A stretch of 55,119 nt of DNA from a virus (Duplodnaviria; Caudoviricetes). The stretch is from IMG/VR virus record IMGVR_UViG_3300045922_000467, positions 1 to 55,119 of that record; one strand, given 5' to 3'. A program made the position numbers and the translations under genes. The notes under the pieces were generated by a model. It made no database searches. It was not told the DNA's origin and was given only the letters and a program-made list of their open reading frames with translations. Positions 1-8,930 of this stretch are shown here, in pieces (within the stretch, counting starts at the first letter, position 1; each line of letters begins with the position of its first letter).

Positions 1-31
1 AAAATTGGGGGGGGGCGCCCACCCCCCCCCC
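1..31 (-). terminator. Intrinsic terminator-like hairpin after ORF 42-428
   Basis: Minus strand reads G10-TGGGCG-C9-AATTTT, 10 nt after the stop codon. Confidence 0.55.
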
Positions 32-41
32 GCCGGGCCCA

Positions 42-428
42 TTAGAGGAACTCCACCGGCTTGGCCTTGCGGCCAGCGGGGATCCGCTTCTGGAGAGGCT
101 TGTCTTCCAGGAGCATCAAGGATGCTCCGCCGAAGTTGCTATAGCACAGAACGGGCTTCAGCCCCTTGCGCATAGCGGCCTCGATTTGGGCGATGGTGTG
201 AGCCACCGCCTTCCTGTTGTCACCCGTCGGCGAAACGCCGGGGATGAAACAGGAGTATGGGGCGAGCGGCAATTTTGCCGCCTTGATCCGCTCCAACAAC
301 GCGTTGATATTCGCGTTGTTGTAGGTGGATGCCCCCTTGGGAGCAGGGGCCTTGTCCGTCACACGACGGAGTTGAACCCCGGTGTCGCTCTTGCGGAGCC
401 ACACCATGCCGTCAAAACGGCCAGCCAT
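42..428 (-). CDS. Hypothetical early protein, 128 aa, basic
   Basis: ORF with upstream AGAAAGGTAGG; flanked by the conserved leader and a terminator. Confidence 0.75.
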   Translation of the reverse strand: MAGRFDGMVWLRKSDTGVQLRRVTDKAPAPKGASTYNNANINALLERIKAAKLPLAPYSCFIPGVSPTGDNRKAVAHTIAQIEAAMRKGLKPVLCYSNFGGASLMLLEDKPLQKRIPAGRKAKPVEFL

Positions 429-486
429 ACAAGCCTACCTTTCTAGGGGCCACGGGCTATGGCGGGCCCGCTCCCCCTTGCTAGTT

Positions 487-607
487 CCGGCGTCCCGGTG
501 AGAAACAGCGCCCCTCAAGGGGGCTTGCCGGCGGCCGTCGCTGCCGACGCCCCCTTTGAACCAGAGCGCCGGCTGGCGGGCAAATGTCCAATGATTTCAA
601 TGACTTA
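487..607 (-). promoter_or_regulatory. Conserved promoter/leader element, copy 1 (IHF-like site, 23-bp box, three hairpins)
   Basis: Shares GCAAATGTCCAATGATTTCAATG (580-602), GCCGTCGCTGC and CCGGCGTCCCGG with 1261-1386. Confidence 0.65.
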
Positions 608-685
608 ACCGCTTTCGCGCGCCCTCGCGCGCCGAGGCCCGACCAATGACCCCCCGAAACTAGAGGGGAGCGAAGCGACCCGCGA

Positions 686-728
<43 letters not shown>

Positions 729-737
729 ACCCGCGCG

Positions 738-771
738 AAAGAGGCCCGCCCCGGATCTCTCCAGGGCGGGC
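738..771 (-). terminator. Terminator-like hairpin with GAGA loop after ORF 778-987
   Basis: Minus strand GCCCGCCCTGGA-GAGA-TCCGGGGCGGGC-CTCTTT; near-identical to 54696-54727. Confidence 0.7.
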
Positions 772-777
772 GGTCAG

Positions 778-987
778 TCAGATGATGTGGACCTGGGTTC
801 GTCCGTCCGGCATCCACCAGACCATCGTTCGGGCCGCTGTGCGGCCGAAGTCGCCGCGGTGGCAGATGGTGGTTCGGCGGTGTCCCTCCACGTTGATGTG
901 TACGGCACCGGTGATGGTGGCTGGGTCGATGGTCCGGCCGGCCTGGGCCAGGACTTCGAGCGCCTCAGTTAGCTGCTTGGCAAACAT
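778..987 (-). CDS. Hypothetical early protein, 69 aa (MFAKQLTEAL...)
   Basis: GGAGG RBS upstream of ATG 987; 3' part of ORF-track 778-1362. Confidence 0.7.
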   Translation of the reverse strand: MFAKQLTEALEVLAQAGRTIDPATITGAVHINVEGHRRTTICHRGDFGRTAARTMVWWMPDGRTQVHII

Positions 988-1036
988 ACTATGTCCTCCG
1001 GTTGGGGAGGGGCCGGCGGGATGCCGGCCCCTCAGG

Positions 1037-1246
1037 TCACTCGCCGTACAGGGCGATCTCAGCTGCGATCTGACGATCGATCTCAGCCCACCTCCGCTCG
1101 GCCGCAGCCCGCTTCTGGGCGTATTCACGAGCGACCTTGTCGCATCTGGCCTGCTCTTCGCGGAGAGCCTTACGGCCCTCCACCTTGAGTTCGACCCGAA
1201 CCTCGCGACCCTTGCGGTCGCGGACGTATTTAACAAAGCGCTGCAT
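1037..1246 (-). CDS. Hypothetical early protein, 69 aa, charged and helical
   Basis: AAGGA RBS; directly follows leader copy 2. Confidence 0.7.
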   Translation of the reverse strand: MQRFVKYVRDRKGREVRVELKVEGRKALREEQARCDKVAREYAQKRAAAERRWAEIDRQIAAEIALYGE

Positions 1247-1260
1247 GTTACAGTCCTTGT

Positions 1261-1386
1261 CCGGCGTCCCGGGGAGGGTGGCGGCGCCCGGATGGGCTGT
1301 CCCGCACCAGCTGCCGTCGCTGCTGGCCTCATCAATCGGCCACAGCCTCGCGTAACGCGCAAATGTCCAATGATTTCAATGGGTTA
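1261..1386 (-). promoter_or_regulatory. Conserved promoter/leader element, copy 2
   Basis: Same motifs as 487-607, with identical 46-nt spacing between the loop motif and the 23-bp box. Confidence 0.65.
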
Positions 1387-1709
1387 AACGCACATCGGAT
1401 GGCCGAGCGGAGGGGGGACATGGATGGCCGAAAATGACCCCCCGCCCCCTAGAGGTAAGCCTCTCACAGCAAAGCCCCAAAAACCCAAATGTATACAATT
1501 CCCGCGGTCAAATGGAGCGAACGATGTCTGTTTTTCAGCCCTCTACTTTTACGGTGAAGCGTCTTACCTATGCCGCGTAGAGGAAGCGCTTGCGTTGAGC
1601 GTCTTTGACGCAAGTCCGGTGCGTTATTTTGATTTTGATTGATGCCGCGCGCACGGGCATGATTTTCAAAGAAACGACGAACTGTCCTGCCGGGCTTCGG
1701 GTTTCTAGA

Positions 1710-1785
1710 TGGTGACTCCGGCTGGGCTTGAACTAGCGTCCTTCAGTTTAGCAGACCGACGCTTTTCCAGCTGAGTTACGGATCC
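1710..1785 (-). tRNA. Degenerate tRNA or tRNA-like gene, anticodon GCT (Ser), short variable arm
   Basis: 76 nt: GGATCCG TA ACTC AGCTGGAA AAGC G TCGGT CTGCTAA ACTGA AGGAC GCTAG TTCAAGC CCAGC CGGAGTC A CCA; cloverleaf with encoded CCA and four mismatched pairs. Confidence 0.8.
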
Positions 1786-1831
1786 TCGCCAAGAACGCCG
1801 GGAAACGCCAACTTCCCGGCGTTCTAATTTC

Positions 1832-1860
1832 AGCTTACCACTTGAACGTGCGGCATACAA
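1832..1860 (-). promoter_or_regulatory. Sigma70-type promoter for the tRNA-like gene
   Basis: TTGTAT-N17-TAAGCT with extended -10 TG. Confidence 0.6.
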
Positions 1861-1861
1861 T

Positions 1862-1890
1862 TTGACTTCCCAACCCCCGTCGTTTACAAC
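1862..1890 (+). promoter_or_regulatory. Sigma70-type promoter for the packaging operon, back-to-back with the tRNA promoter
   Basis: TTGACT-N17-TACAAC, then GAGGAG and ATG 1909. Confidence 0.65.
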
Positions 1891-1908
1891 GCCCCGAGGA
1901 GACCGCTG

Positions 1909-2064
1909 ATGCAAAAACCCCCGTGGGAGAAGCCGAACCCGAAAGAGCGCAGCACCAAGCTGACTCCATCGCAGAAAGCCAAAGCCAAAGCGGCCGCGAA
2001 GGCCGGGGGTCGCAAATACCCCAACCTGGTTGACAACATGCGAGCGAGCCGGAGCGACAAGTGA
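1909..2064 (+). CDS. Small basic phage protein, 51 aa (MQKPPWEKPNPK...YPNLVDNMRASRSDK); not in the ORF track
   Basis: Translated by hand; GAGGAG RBS; stop overlaps the terS GTG (GTGA); YPNLVDNM motif recalled from small phage proteins. Confidence 0.85.
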   Translation: MQKPPWEKPNPKERSTKLTPSQKAKAKAAAKAGGRKYPNLVDNMRASRSDK

Positions 2065-2558
2065 ACGCCCTTGCCCAGGAACTCCACGCTCAGACCGGCT
2101 GGTCAGACCGGCTGGCTTTCGATGTCGCCCTCACGATGGAGGGGTCCGGATTCGACATCAACGAGGTGCTTTCGGTCCACCAGATCGACGCGGCCGAGCT
2201 TGCCCGGTTCGGATCGGATCCGGTGTTCGCCCGCAAGGTGGATAACTACCGCTCGGAGATCCGGGAGAAGGGTCTGACGTTCAAGCTCAAGGCCCGCGCC
2301 CAGGCCGAGGAACTGCTCAACACTTCCTGGACTTTGATCCACGACCGCACGATCAGCCCGGCGGTCCGCGCCGATCTCATCAAGATGACCGTGAAATGGG
2401 CTGGTCTCGAGCCCAGGGGGGATCAGGCCGATACGCCCGTCGGGGAGGGGGTCAAGATCGTCATCAACATGGGTCCGCCGGCGGCGTTGCCGGGCGATGA
2501 TGCGAAGACCGTGGTCGACGCTGTTGCGGTCGACACACCGATGGTCACGATCGGTTAG
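2061..2558 (+). CDS. terS: Probable terminase small subunit
   Basis: 165 aa upstream of terL; helical N-terminus and a 'VKIVINMG' C-terminal strand. Confidence 0.65.
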   Translation: MNALAQELHAQTGWSDRLAFDVALTMEGSGFDINEVLSVHQIDAAELARFGSDPVFARKVDNYRSEIREKGLTFKLKARAQAEELLNTSWTLIHDRTISPAVRADLIKMTVKWAGLEPRGDQADTPVGEGVKIVINMGPPAALPGDDAKTVVDAVAVDTPMVTIG

Positions 2559-3151
2559 CGGTACAGGGGTATGCCGCCGAGCCCGACCCTGACCGGCTGG
2601 CGCTCCACGATCTTGATGCGGCCCAGGCGGATCAGTTCGAGTTTGCGTTCGAAAGGGGGTAGCTTGGCGAGGCGTTCCTGCAGCTCGGCTTCGGCCCGCT
2701 TCTCGGCGAGTTTTCGGGCAAGGGCTGCGCGGGCCTCGGCGCATCGCTTCTGTTGCTCGAGACGTATATCCCGTATCTGCAGTGCCGCTCTGACGGCGTC
2801 CACCATTCTCTGGCGTCGGACCGGGTCTCTCCAGCGGGCTTTCGTGATGGCTGACTGTGCGGCCCGCATGGCGGGGGTCCAGGTGAACTCCGCGTGCCGT
2901 GCGCGGCGGTGGGCTTCGAAATCGGGGTTTCTCCGCAACTCGGCGAGTCTGGCTGCGCGGCGTCTGGTGAGCTTTCCTCGGTCATAGGCGATGTTGTGGT
3001 GGGCCATGAAATCGCTCAGCCGAGCCACCGATATACCCAGGGACGCTGCGATTTCCCGGCGCAGAACGCAGGCGCCCACCTGTTGCCGGACCCACTCCAG
3101 ATGTGGCAACAAACGTTTGAACTTGACCGATCGCGGGAGCTTCGGTTCCAT
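2555..3151 (-). CDS. Arg-rich putative DNA-binding protein (HTH plus NUMOD3-like segments), antisense between terS and terL
   Basis: Fills the 600-bp gap exactly; 'RREIAASLGISVARLSDFM' HTH; 'TPAMRAAQSAITKARWRDPVRRQRM'; start 3151 or 3169. Confidence 0.65.
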   Translation of the reverse strand: MEPKLPRSVKFKRLLPHLEWVRQQVGACVLRREIAASLGISVARLSDFMAHHNIAYDRGKLTRRRAARLAELRRNPDFEAHRRARHAEFTWTPAMRAAQSAITKARWRDPVRRQRMVDAVRAALQIRDIRLEQQKRCAEARAALARKLAEKRAEAELQERLAKLPPFERKLELIRLGRIKIVERQPVRVGLGGIPLYR

Positions 3152-3172
3152 GTCGGGGTCTGAGGACATGGA

Positions 3173-4552
3173 ATGCAGATAAACTATACCCCGCCCCCCA
3201 CAGGCAAGCGTTTTATGCTGTCGGACGCGAAAATGCGTGTTCTCATGGGCCCGGTGGGAAGCGGCAAGAGTGTGACCTGCTGCTTCGAGTTGGTTCGCCG
3301 CGCATATATGCAGAAGCCCGATGCGCAGGGGATCCGCCGCAGCCGGGCTGCGGTGGTGCGTGAAACGTCGCGCCAGCTCCAGGACACCACGATCAAGACC
3401 TTCCTTGACTGGTTCCCGAGCGGGGTGTGCGGGCAGTATATGAAGACCACGAAGACCTATTTCTTCAAGGTGGGCGATGTGGAGTGCGAGATCATGTTCC
3501 GCGCGCTGGACGACGCCGACGATGTCGCTAACCTCAATTCGCTCGAGCTCACTTTCGCCTGGTTCAACGAGTGTCGCGACATTCACCCGGCGATTGTCGA
3601 CGCCATGTCGAAACGCATCGGTCGGTTCCCGTCGGCAAAGGACGGGGGCCCGACATGGCACGGGATGTGGGGGGATACCAACCCGCCGACCACGGACACA
3701 TGGTGGTATTACCAGATGGAGCAGCTCAGTCCGGAGGACGGCGTCTCGCCGAACAACAACGGATGGGCGGTGTTCAAACAACCGTCGGGGCGCAGCCCGT
3801 TTGCGGAGAATATCGAAAACCTTCCGGAAGGTTACTACGACACTCAGGGTCGGTCGGAGGAATATATACGGGTTTACATCGACGGTGAGTATGGACAGTC
3901 GCTGGCAGGGCGGCCGGTGTTCAGGCAGTTCCGCCCCGACTATCACATGGCCCGAGAGGCGCTTCGTCCGATCATCAACGGCATACGGCCGGTCTTCGTG
4001 GGGATAGACCTCGGGCTCACACCCGCAGCCGTGGTCGGCCAGCAGGACGCCCGGGGGCGGGCATTGATCCTCGCCGAGGCGGTATCATTCGACATGGGGA
4101 TACAGAGGTTTTCGCGGACTATCCTCAGGCCGCTGCTGCTTGAGCGGTTTCCCGGGGCGCCGGTGATTCTGGTTACGGACCCTGCCGGGGTCCAGCGGGC
4201 CCAGACCGATGAACGCAGCGCTGTGGATATTCTCAAGGCCGAGGGGTTCAAAGTGTTCCCGGCGAGGACGAACAATCTCACGGCCCGGATATCCGCCGTC
4301 GATGACTTCCTCATGCGCCAGGTCGACGGCGATCCTGCTTTTCTGATCGATCCGCGCTGCACCCACCTCAAGGCAGCACTCATGGGGGGTTATCGGTTCA
4401 AGAAAAACGATGAAGTCATCGACAAGAACAATCACTCTCACGTCGCCGAAGCTCTCCAGTATCTGATGCTCCACATTGCTACCGGCGGGGAGGGGCGGCT
4501 CGTTGCACGGGCGAGGCCGGTGAAAGATATTTCAGTGGCGGGCTGGACATGA
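3173..4552 (+). CDS. terL: Terminase large subunit
   Basis: Walker A GPVGSGKS, Walker B-like FAWFNE, DTNPP coupling motif, RNase H-like GIDLG...SHVAEALQY. Confidence 0.95.
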   Translation: MQINYTPPPTGKRFMLSDAKMRVLMGPVGSGKSVTCCFELVRRAYMQKPDAQGIRRSRAAVVRETSRQLQDTTIKTFLDWFPSGVCGQYMKTTKTYFFKVGDVECEIMFRALDDADDVANLNSLELTFAWFNECRDIHPAIVDAMSKRIGRFPSAKDGGPTWHGMWGDTNPPTTDTWWYYQMEQLSPEDGVSPNNNGWAVFKQPSGRSPFAENIENLPEGYYDTQGRSEEYIRVYIDGEYGQSLAGRPVFRQFRPDYHMAREALRPIINGIRPVFVGIDLGLTPAAVVGQQDARGRALILAEAVSFDMGIQRFSRTILRPLLLERFPGAPVILVTDPAGVQRAQTDERSAVDILKAEGFKVFPARTNNLTARISAVDDFLMRQVDGDPAFLIDPRCTHLKAALMGGYRFKKNDEVIDKNNHSHVAEALQYLMLHIATGGEGRLVARARPVKDISVAGWT

Positions 4553-4604
4553 GGCGGTTGGGTTGGTAATTTAGCGGCACTGCACTGTTCTCCAAACAGC
4601 AGCA

Positions 4605-4669
4605 GGGGCGGCACCTTTCCCCCAAGGGTGTCGCCCCACCATTGCCCGCGTGGGTGATATGTGTAAAAT
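4605..4669 (+). promoter_or_regulatory. GC hairpin (4605-4637) followed by a putative promoter for the head operon
   Basis: GGGGCGGCACCTT...AAGGGTGTCGCCCC stem; TTGCCC-N16-TAAAAT with TG. Confidence 0.45.
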
Positions 4670-4677
4670 AGGGATCC

Positions 4678-6738
4678 ATGGCTGGCCTGTCCCTTCTCCG
4701 AGTGGTCTCCAACGATGAACTGAGCCGCATGGAGGCGGAGCAGACCGCGAGGGCTCTGGAAGAACGCCAGCAGCAGCCGATGGTGTTGGGCATTGTGGCG
4801 TACGTACGCCGGTGCTGGGACGCTGCGCGGATCGCCAAGAAACCGATCGAGGATCGGATGCTCGCCAACATGCGCCAGCGCAAGGGGGAGTATGAAGCTT
4901 CGAAACTCTCGGAGATCCGCAAAGCCGGCGGGTCGGATGTGTTCATGCTGCTCACCGAGGTGAAGTGCCGCGGAGCCGAGAGTTGGCTGCGCGACGTCCT
5001 CATGGAGAATGGGACTCCGCCGTGGGATCTCACTCCCACGCCCATACCGGACCTGCCCCCCGGGGTTGCGGACCGCCTGGTCGAGATGGTCGGACAGCGG
5101 GCTTTGGAGAGCCTGCAGGAGACGGGCCGGGCTCCGACACCCGAGCAGATCGAGGAAATGCGGGAGATCGCGCAGCAGGAGATCCGGCTCCGTCTGCTGC
5201 AGGAGGCGCAGAACCGCGCCGACAAGATGAAGTATCGAATCGGCGACCAGTTTGCACAGGGCGGCTGGGCGCGTGCTGTCAACGAGTTCATCACGGATTT
5301 CGTGACCCACCCTGCGGCGATATTGAAGGGACCTGTCGTTCGCCGGCAGCGCAGACTTCGGTGGGTTTCGCAGCCCGGCGGTCAGTTCGGTGCAGAGGTG
5401 GAGGAGGTGCTCGCGCCGGAGTTCGACCGTGTTGATCCGTTTCGTTTCTACCCGCAGCCGGGGATCGGCGACGTTCAGGAGGGCTACTGCTTCGAAGTCC
5501 ACAAGCTGTCCCGGGCGGATCTGGCCGACCTCATCGGGGTGCCCGGATATGATGAGGATGCGATTCGCGCCATCCTCATGATGGACACCGACCAAAGCTG
5601 GTTCGATGTGGAGGATGATCCGGGGAAGGAATCTCTGGAGAACAAGTTCAACACGCACTTCTCGACGGAGGTCGAGTTTTGGGCGATGGAGTTCTGGGGC
5701 AAGGTGAGTGGCCGCATGCTCCGTGAGTGGGGTCTCTCCGAAGAGGAGGTGCCCGACGAGGCCAGGGAGTATGACGCCAACGTGTGGATCGTGGCGAACT
5801 ATGCGATCAAGGTGGTGCTGAACTACGACCCCCTCGGCGAGAAGCCATATTCGGTGTCGTCGATGGTCAAGGTCCCCGGCGCGATGTGGGGCAAAGGGCT
5901 GCCGGAGGTTATCGAGGATATCCAGGCTATCTGCAACGCGGCGGCTCGCGCGCTGGTCAACAACATGGGGATCTCGTCCGGCCCGCAGGTTGAGGTGAAC
6001 ATCGACAGACTTCCTCCTGAGGAGGAGATTACGAAGATGTATCCGTGGAAGATCTGGCAGGTGCTGAATGATCCTGCCGGATCGTCCGCTCCGGCGCTGC
6101 GGTTCAACCAGCCGGACAGCCGCGCCACGGAGTTGATGGCGGTTTACGACAAGTTTTCCCGGTTGGCTGACGACCACTCCGGCATTCCGGGGTATGTCTA
6201 CGGCGATCTGGATGTTCAGGGCGCAGGGCGTACGAGCTCCGGACTGTCCATGCTCATGGGGGCTGCCGGCAAGGCGATCCGCCAGATCGTCGGGTATATC
6301 GACGCTGATGTCATTCACCCGGTTGTGCGCCGTCAGTTCATTTACAACATGCGGTTCGACCCCGATCCCACGATCAAGGGTGACGCAGAGGTGGTGCCGA
6401 AGGGTGCGGCGACCCTGGCGGTTCGCGAGACGGTCAACATGCGCCGCCTGGAGTTTCTGCAGATGACGGCGAATCCGGTCGACTCCCAGATCATCGGGGT
6501 TGGGGGCCGTGCCGCGTTGCTGCGCGAAGTTGCCAAGGGGCTCAGCATGGACATCGACGAAATTGTCCCGAGCCGAGACAAGCTGGCTTTGCAAGGTCGT
6601 CTGCAGATGGCAGCAGAGGCGATGGCGGAGCAGGCGGCGCCAGCGGATGCATCAGATCCTCCGGGCGCGCAGAACGCTGCAGGCGCTCCGGCCGGGGGTC
6701 GTGAGGCCAACACCATGTCTCCGCGGATGCCGCAGTGA
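4678..6738 (+). CDS. Portal protein
   Basis: 686 aa after terL; podoviral portal features (VDPFRFYP, WGKGLPE, GRTSSGLSMLM). Confidence 0.9.
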   Translation: MAGLSLLRVVSNDELSRMEAEQTARALEERQQQPMVLGIVAYVRRCWDAARIAKKPIEDRMLANMRQRKGEYEASKLSEIRKAGGSDVFMLLTEVKCRGAESWLRDVLMENGTPPWDLTPTPIPDLPPGVADRLVEMVGQRALESLQETGRAPTPEQIEEMREIAQQEIRLRLLQEAQNRADKMKYRIGDQFAQGGWARAVNEFITDFVTHPAAILKGPVVRRQRRLRWVSQPGGQFGAEVEEVLAPEFDRVDPFRFYPQPGIGDVQEGYCFEVHKLSRADLADLIGVPGYDEDAIRAILMMDTDQSWFDVEDDPGKESLENKFNTHFSTEVEFWAMEFWGKVSGRMLREWGLSEEEVPDEAREYDANVWIVANYAIKVVLNYDPLGEKPYSVSSMVKVPGAMWGKGLPEVIEDIQAICNAAARALVNNMGISSGPQVEVNIDRLPPEEEITKMYPWKIWQVLNDPAGSSAPALRFNQPDSRATELMAVYDKFSRLADDHSGIPGYVYGDLDVQGAGRTSSGLSMLMGAAGKAIRQIVGYIDADVIHPVVRRQFIYNMRFDPDPTIKGDAEVVPKGAATLAVRETVNMRRLEFLQMTANPVDSQIIGVGGRAALLREVAKGLSMDIDEIVPSRDKLALQGRLQMAAEAMAEQAAPADASDPPGAQNAAGAPAGGREANTMSPRMPQ

Positions 6739-6932
6739 AGCGTCCGACTGACGAACAGATGCTTGCGCTGCGCAACATGGCCCGGCATAATCCTCAGGTG
6801 CTGGAGTACATTCAGCAGTGGAGGCACCAGGAGATGGAGAGCCTTCCACACGCGACGACGAACGTGGCAGTCCAACAGGGCCGCTGTCAGGTTCTCGGGG
6901 AGCTGATAAAGCTCCTCACCGAAAGGTCCTGA
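6735..6932 (+). CDS. Small conserved head-region protein, 65 aa
   Basis: GTGA overlap with portal; 'QQGRCQVLGELIKLL' typical of the portal-adjacent small gene. Confidence 0.8.
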   Translation: MKRPTDEQMLALRNMARHNPQVLEYIQQWRHQEMESLPHATTNVAVQQGRCQVLGELIKLLTERS

Positions 6933-6973
6933 GGGGGGAGACCCCCGACGCATACCAACTGGAGCGTTTTGAA

Positions 6974-7984
6974 ATGGCTATCCCTGCGCAGGCCCGCGTG
7001 GCCGCTGAAACTGCGAATCGGCGTATCGCTGAACTTGCTGGTACCCCGGGCACCCCCGCACCGACCGAGAACGAGTCCACAAGTCCTGCGCCTGCGCCGG
7101 AGAATGAGCCTGCGCCCGCGCAGGAAGTTGCGGATTCCGCGCCTGCGCCTGCGCCTGCGCCTGCGCCGGCATCCGATTCGGACTGGCAGCAGCGGTACAA
7201 CACGCTGCAGGGCATGTTCAACGCCTCGCAGCGGCAGTCGCAGGCGGACATCCAGGCGCTGCGGAACCAGGTGGACAGCCTTACGGCGCTGTTGGCGCAG
7301 ACCAAGTCGGACACCCAGCAGCCGGCTTCGGCGGATCCCGACGCCGCGATCACTGACCAGCATCGGCAGGAGTATGGCGACGCCATCGAAATGATGCAGC
7401 GCGCAGCACGAAATGTTTTGCAGCCTGTGCTGGCAAGACTGGCAAAGGTTGAGTCAGAGATTTCGGCCATAAATGAGGGTGTCGTTCCGACTGTTCGAAG
7501 CGTTGCACAGGCTCAGGCGATGACTGCGGAGGACCTGTTTTTCCGGGATCTGACTCAGGAAATCCCGAACTGGCGCGACATCAACAACAACCCGGACTTC
7601 CAGGCCTGGCTCCTACAGCCGGAGCCCCTCATTGGTGTTCTTCGGCAGACAATTCTCGAAGATGCACAGCGTAACAACGACGTAGGGCGCGTCGCGCTGC
7701 TGTTCCGTGCGTGGCCCGGATACCAGGCGTCCCCGGCTCCTGCGCCGGCTCCCAACCAGACAATGAGCGGAGCGCCGGCTGCGCTCCAGAGTCAGATTGC
7801 GCCGGGTCGTGGGCGGGCCCCGGCTGCGCCTCAGCAGGCCGCCCCGAAGATTTATACCAGCCGGGAGATTGCTCAATTTTTTGACGACGTCCGGGCGGGT
7901 CGCTATTCTGGCCGCGAGTCCGAAAAGGCTCGAATGGAGGCGGACATCTTTGCGGCAGGCCGGGAGGGGCGTGTCCAGGGATGA
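6974..7984 (+). CDS. Capsid scaffolding protein
   Basis: Between portal and capsid; Pro/Ala-rich N-terminus, coiled coil 'WQQRYNTLQGMFN'; GGAG RBS favours ATG 6974. Confidence 0.8.
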   Translation: MAIPAQARVAAETANRRIAELAGTPGTPAPTENESTSPAPAPENEPAPAQEVADSAPAPAPAPAPASDSDWQQRYNTLQGMFNASQRQSQADIQALRNQVDSLTALLAQTKSDTQQPASADPDAAITDQHRQEYGDAIEMMQRAARNVLQPVLARLAKVESEISAINEGVVPTVRSVAQAQAMTAEDLFFRDLTQEIPNWRDINNNPDFQAWLLQPEPLIGVLRQTILEDAQRNNDVGRVALLFRAWPGYQASPAPAPAPNQTMSGAPAALQSQIAPGRGRAPAAPQQAAPKIYTSREIAQFFDDVRAGRYSGRESEKARMEADIFAAGREGRVQG

Positions 7985-8009
7985 GACAAGCAACGTGAGA
8001 GGCTGACGA

Positions 8010-8918
8010 ATGACGTATCCGGTGTCCCCAGGTCGCCCCAACTACTCGGGGAACTTCATCCCCGAAATCTGGTCGGGCAAGCTGATCGAGAACTTCTACG
8101 ACGCCACCGTCTTGGGAGCGATCACCAACACGGATTACGAGGGCGACATTCGTCGTTTCGGCGACACCGTCAACATCCGCACCACGCCGACGATCGTGAT
8201 CCGCGAGTACGTCAAGGGTCAGACCCTGACCGTGGACAACCCGGATTCCCCGAAGATCCAGCTGCTCATCGACAAGGGTGAGTATTTTTCGTGCGTCGAG
8301 GACGACGTCGACAAGGTGCAGTCGGATGTGGCTCTGATGGACATGTGGTCCAAGGATGCTTCCGAGCAGATGAAGATCCGGATCGACCAACGCGTTCTGC
8401 CGGGTGTTCTTCCGGACATTTCGCCGCTCAACATCGGCACGACCGCCGGGGCGAAGACTGCGTCATTTAACCTGGGAACACAGGCTGCGCCGGTTGCGAT
8501 CAACAATACCAATGTCACGGATCTGATTGTCGACATGGGCACCGTGCTCGATGAAGCCAACTGCCCTGAGCAGGGGCGCTGGATGGTGGTTCCGGCAAAG
8601 ATGGCCGGCCTCATCAAGAAATCGGAGCTCAAGGATGCGTCGCTCAGTGGGGACGGGACGTCGCTGCTGCGCAACGGTCGGCTCGGCATGATCGACCGGT
8701 TCATGATCTACGTCAGCCACAACCTGCTGTTCAACAGCGGTCGGTTCCACATCATGGCCGGCACCAAACAGGGGATCACGTTCGCGTCGCAGATGACCTC
8801 GATGGAGACCCTGCGGTCGACAACCACGTTCGGAAACATCATTCGTGGCCTGCAGGTGTACGGCTACCGGGTGGTGAAGCCCGAGGCGCTGACCAGCGCC
8901 GTCATCACCATCGCGTAA
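8010..8918 (+). CDS. Major capsid protein (HK97 fold, P22-coat-like)
   Basis: 'FIPEIWSGKL', 'NTDYEGDI...GDTVNIR', 'RGLQVYGYRVVKPEAL'. Confidence 0.93.
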   Translation: MTYPVSPGRPNYSGNFIPEIWSGKLIENFYDATVLGAITNTDYEGDIRRFGDTVNIRTTPTIVIREYVKGQTLTVDNPDSPKIQLLIDKGEYFSCVEDDVDKVQSDVALMDMWSKDASEQMKIRIDQRVLPGVLPDISPLNIGTTAGAKTASFNLGTQAAPVAINNTNVTDLIVDMGTVLDEANCPEQGRWMVVPAKMAGLIKKSELKDASLSGDGTSLLRNGRLGMIDRFMIYVSHNLLFNSGRFHIMAGTKQGITFASQMTSMETLRSTTTFGNIIRGLQVYGYRVVKPEALTSAVITIA

Positions 8919-8930
8919 GGAGCGTCTCAG

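Noticed and set aside
575-602. Sigma54 promoter within the 23-bp box
   Set aside because: GG-N10-GC spacing holds in copy 1 only and there is no TGGCAC consensus
1424-1642. 72-aa plus-strand ORF
   Set aside because: Overlaps regulatory motifs and an AT-rich hairpin region; composition not protein-like
1640-1709. HDV-like (theta) ribozyme after the tRNA-like gene
   Set aside because: Could not build the nested double pseudoknot from the 3' trailer
1710-1785. tRNA fragment as an attP site
   Set aside because: No integrase in the genome, and the element is full-length with its own promoter
3551-3575. TerL Walker B reading WFNE instead of hhhhDE
   Set aside because: A variant I recall in this terminase group; the rest of the enzyme is intact
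4438-6594. 718-aa minus-strand ORF and other long antisense ORFs (e.g. 51150-52538, 36411-37742, 33091-34254)
   Set aside because: Shadow frames of well-supported genes in high-GC DNA; no motifs or RBS
7995-8015. CTGACGA before the capsid gene as a second hammerhead core
   Set aside because: No matching stems or GAAA/NUH arrangement
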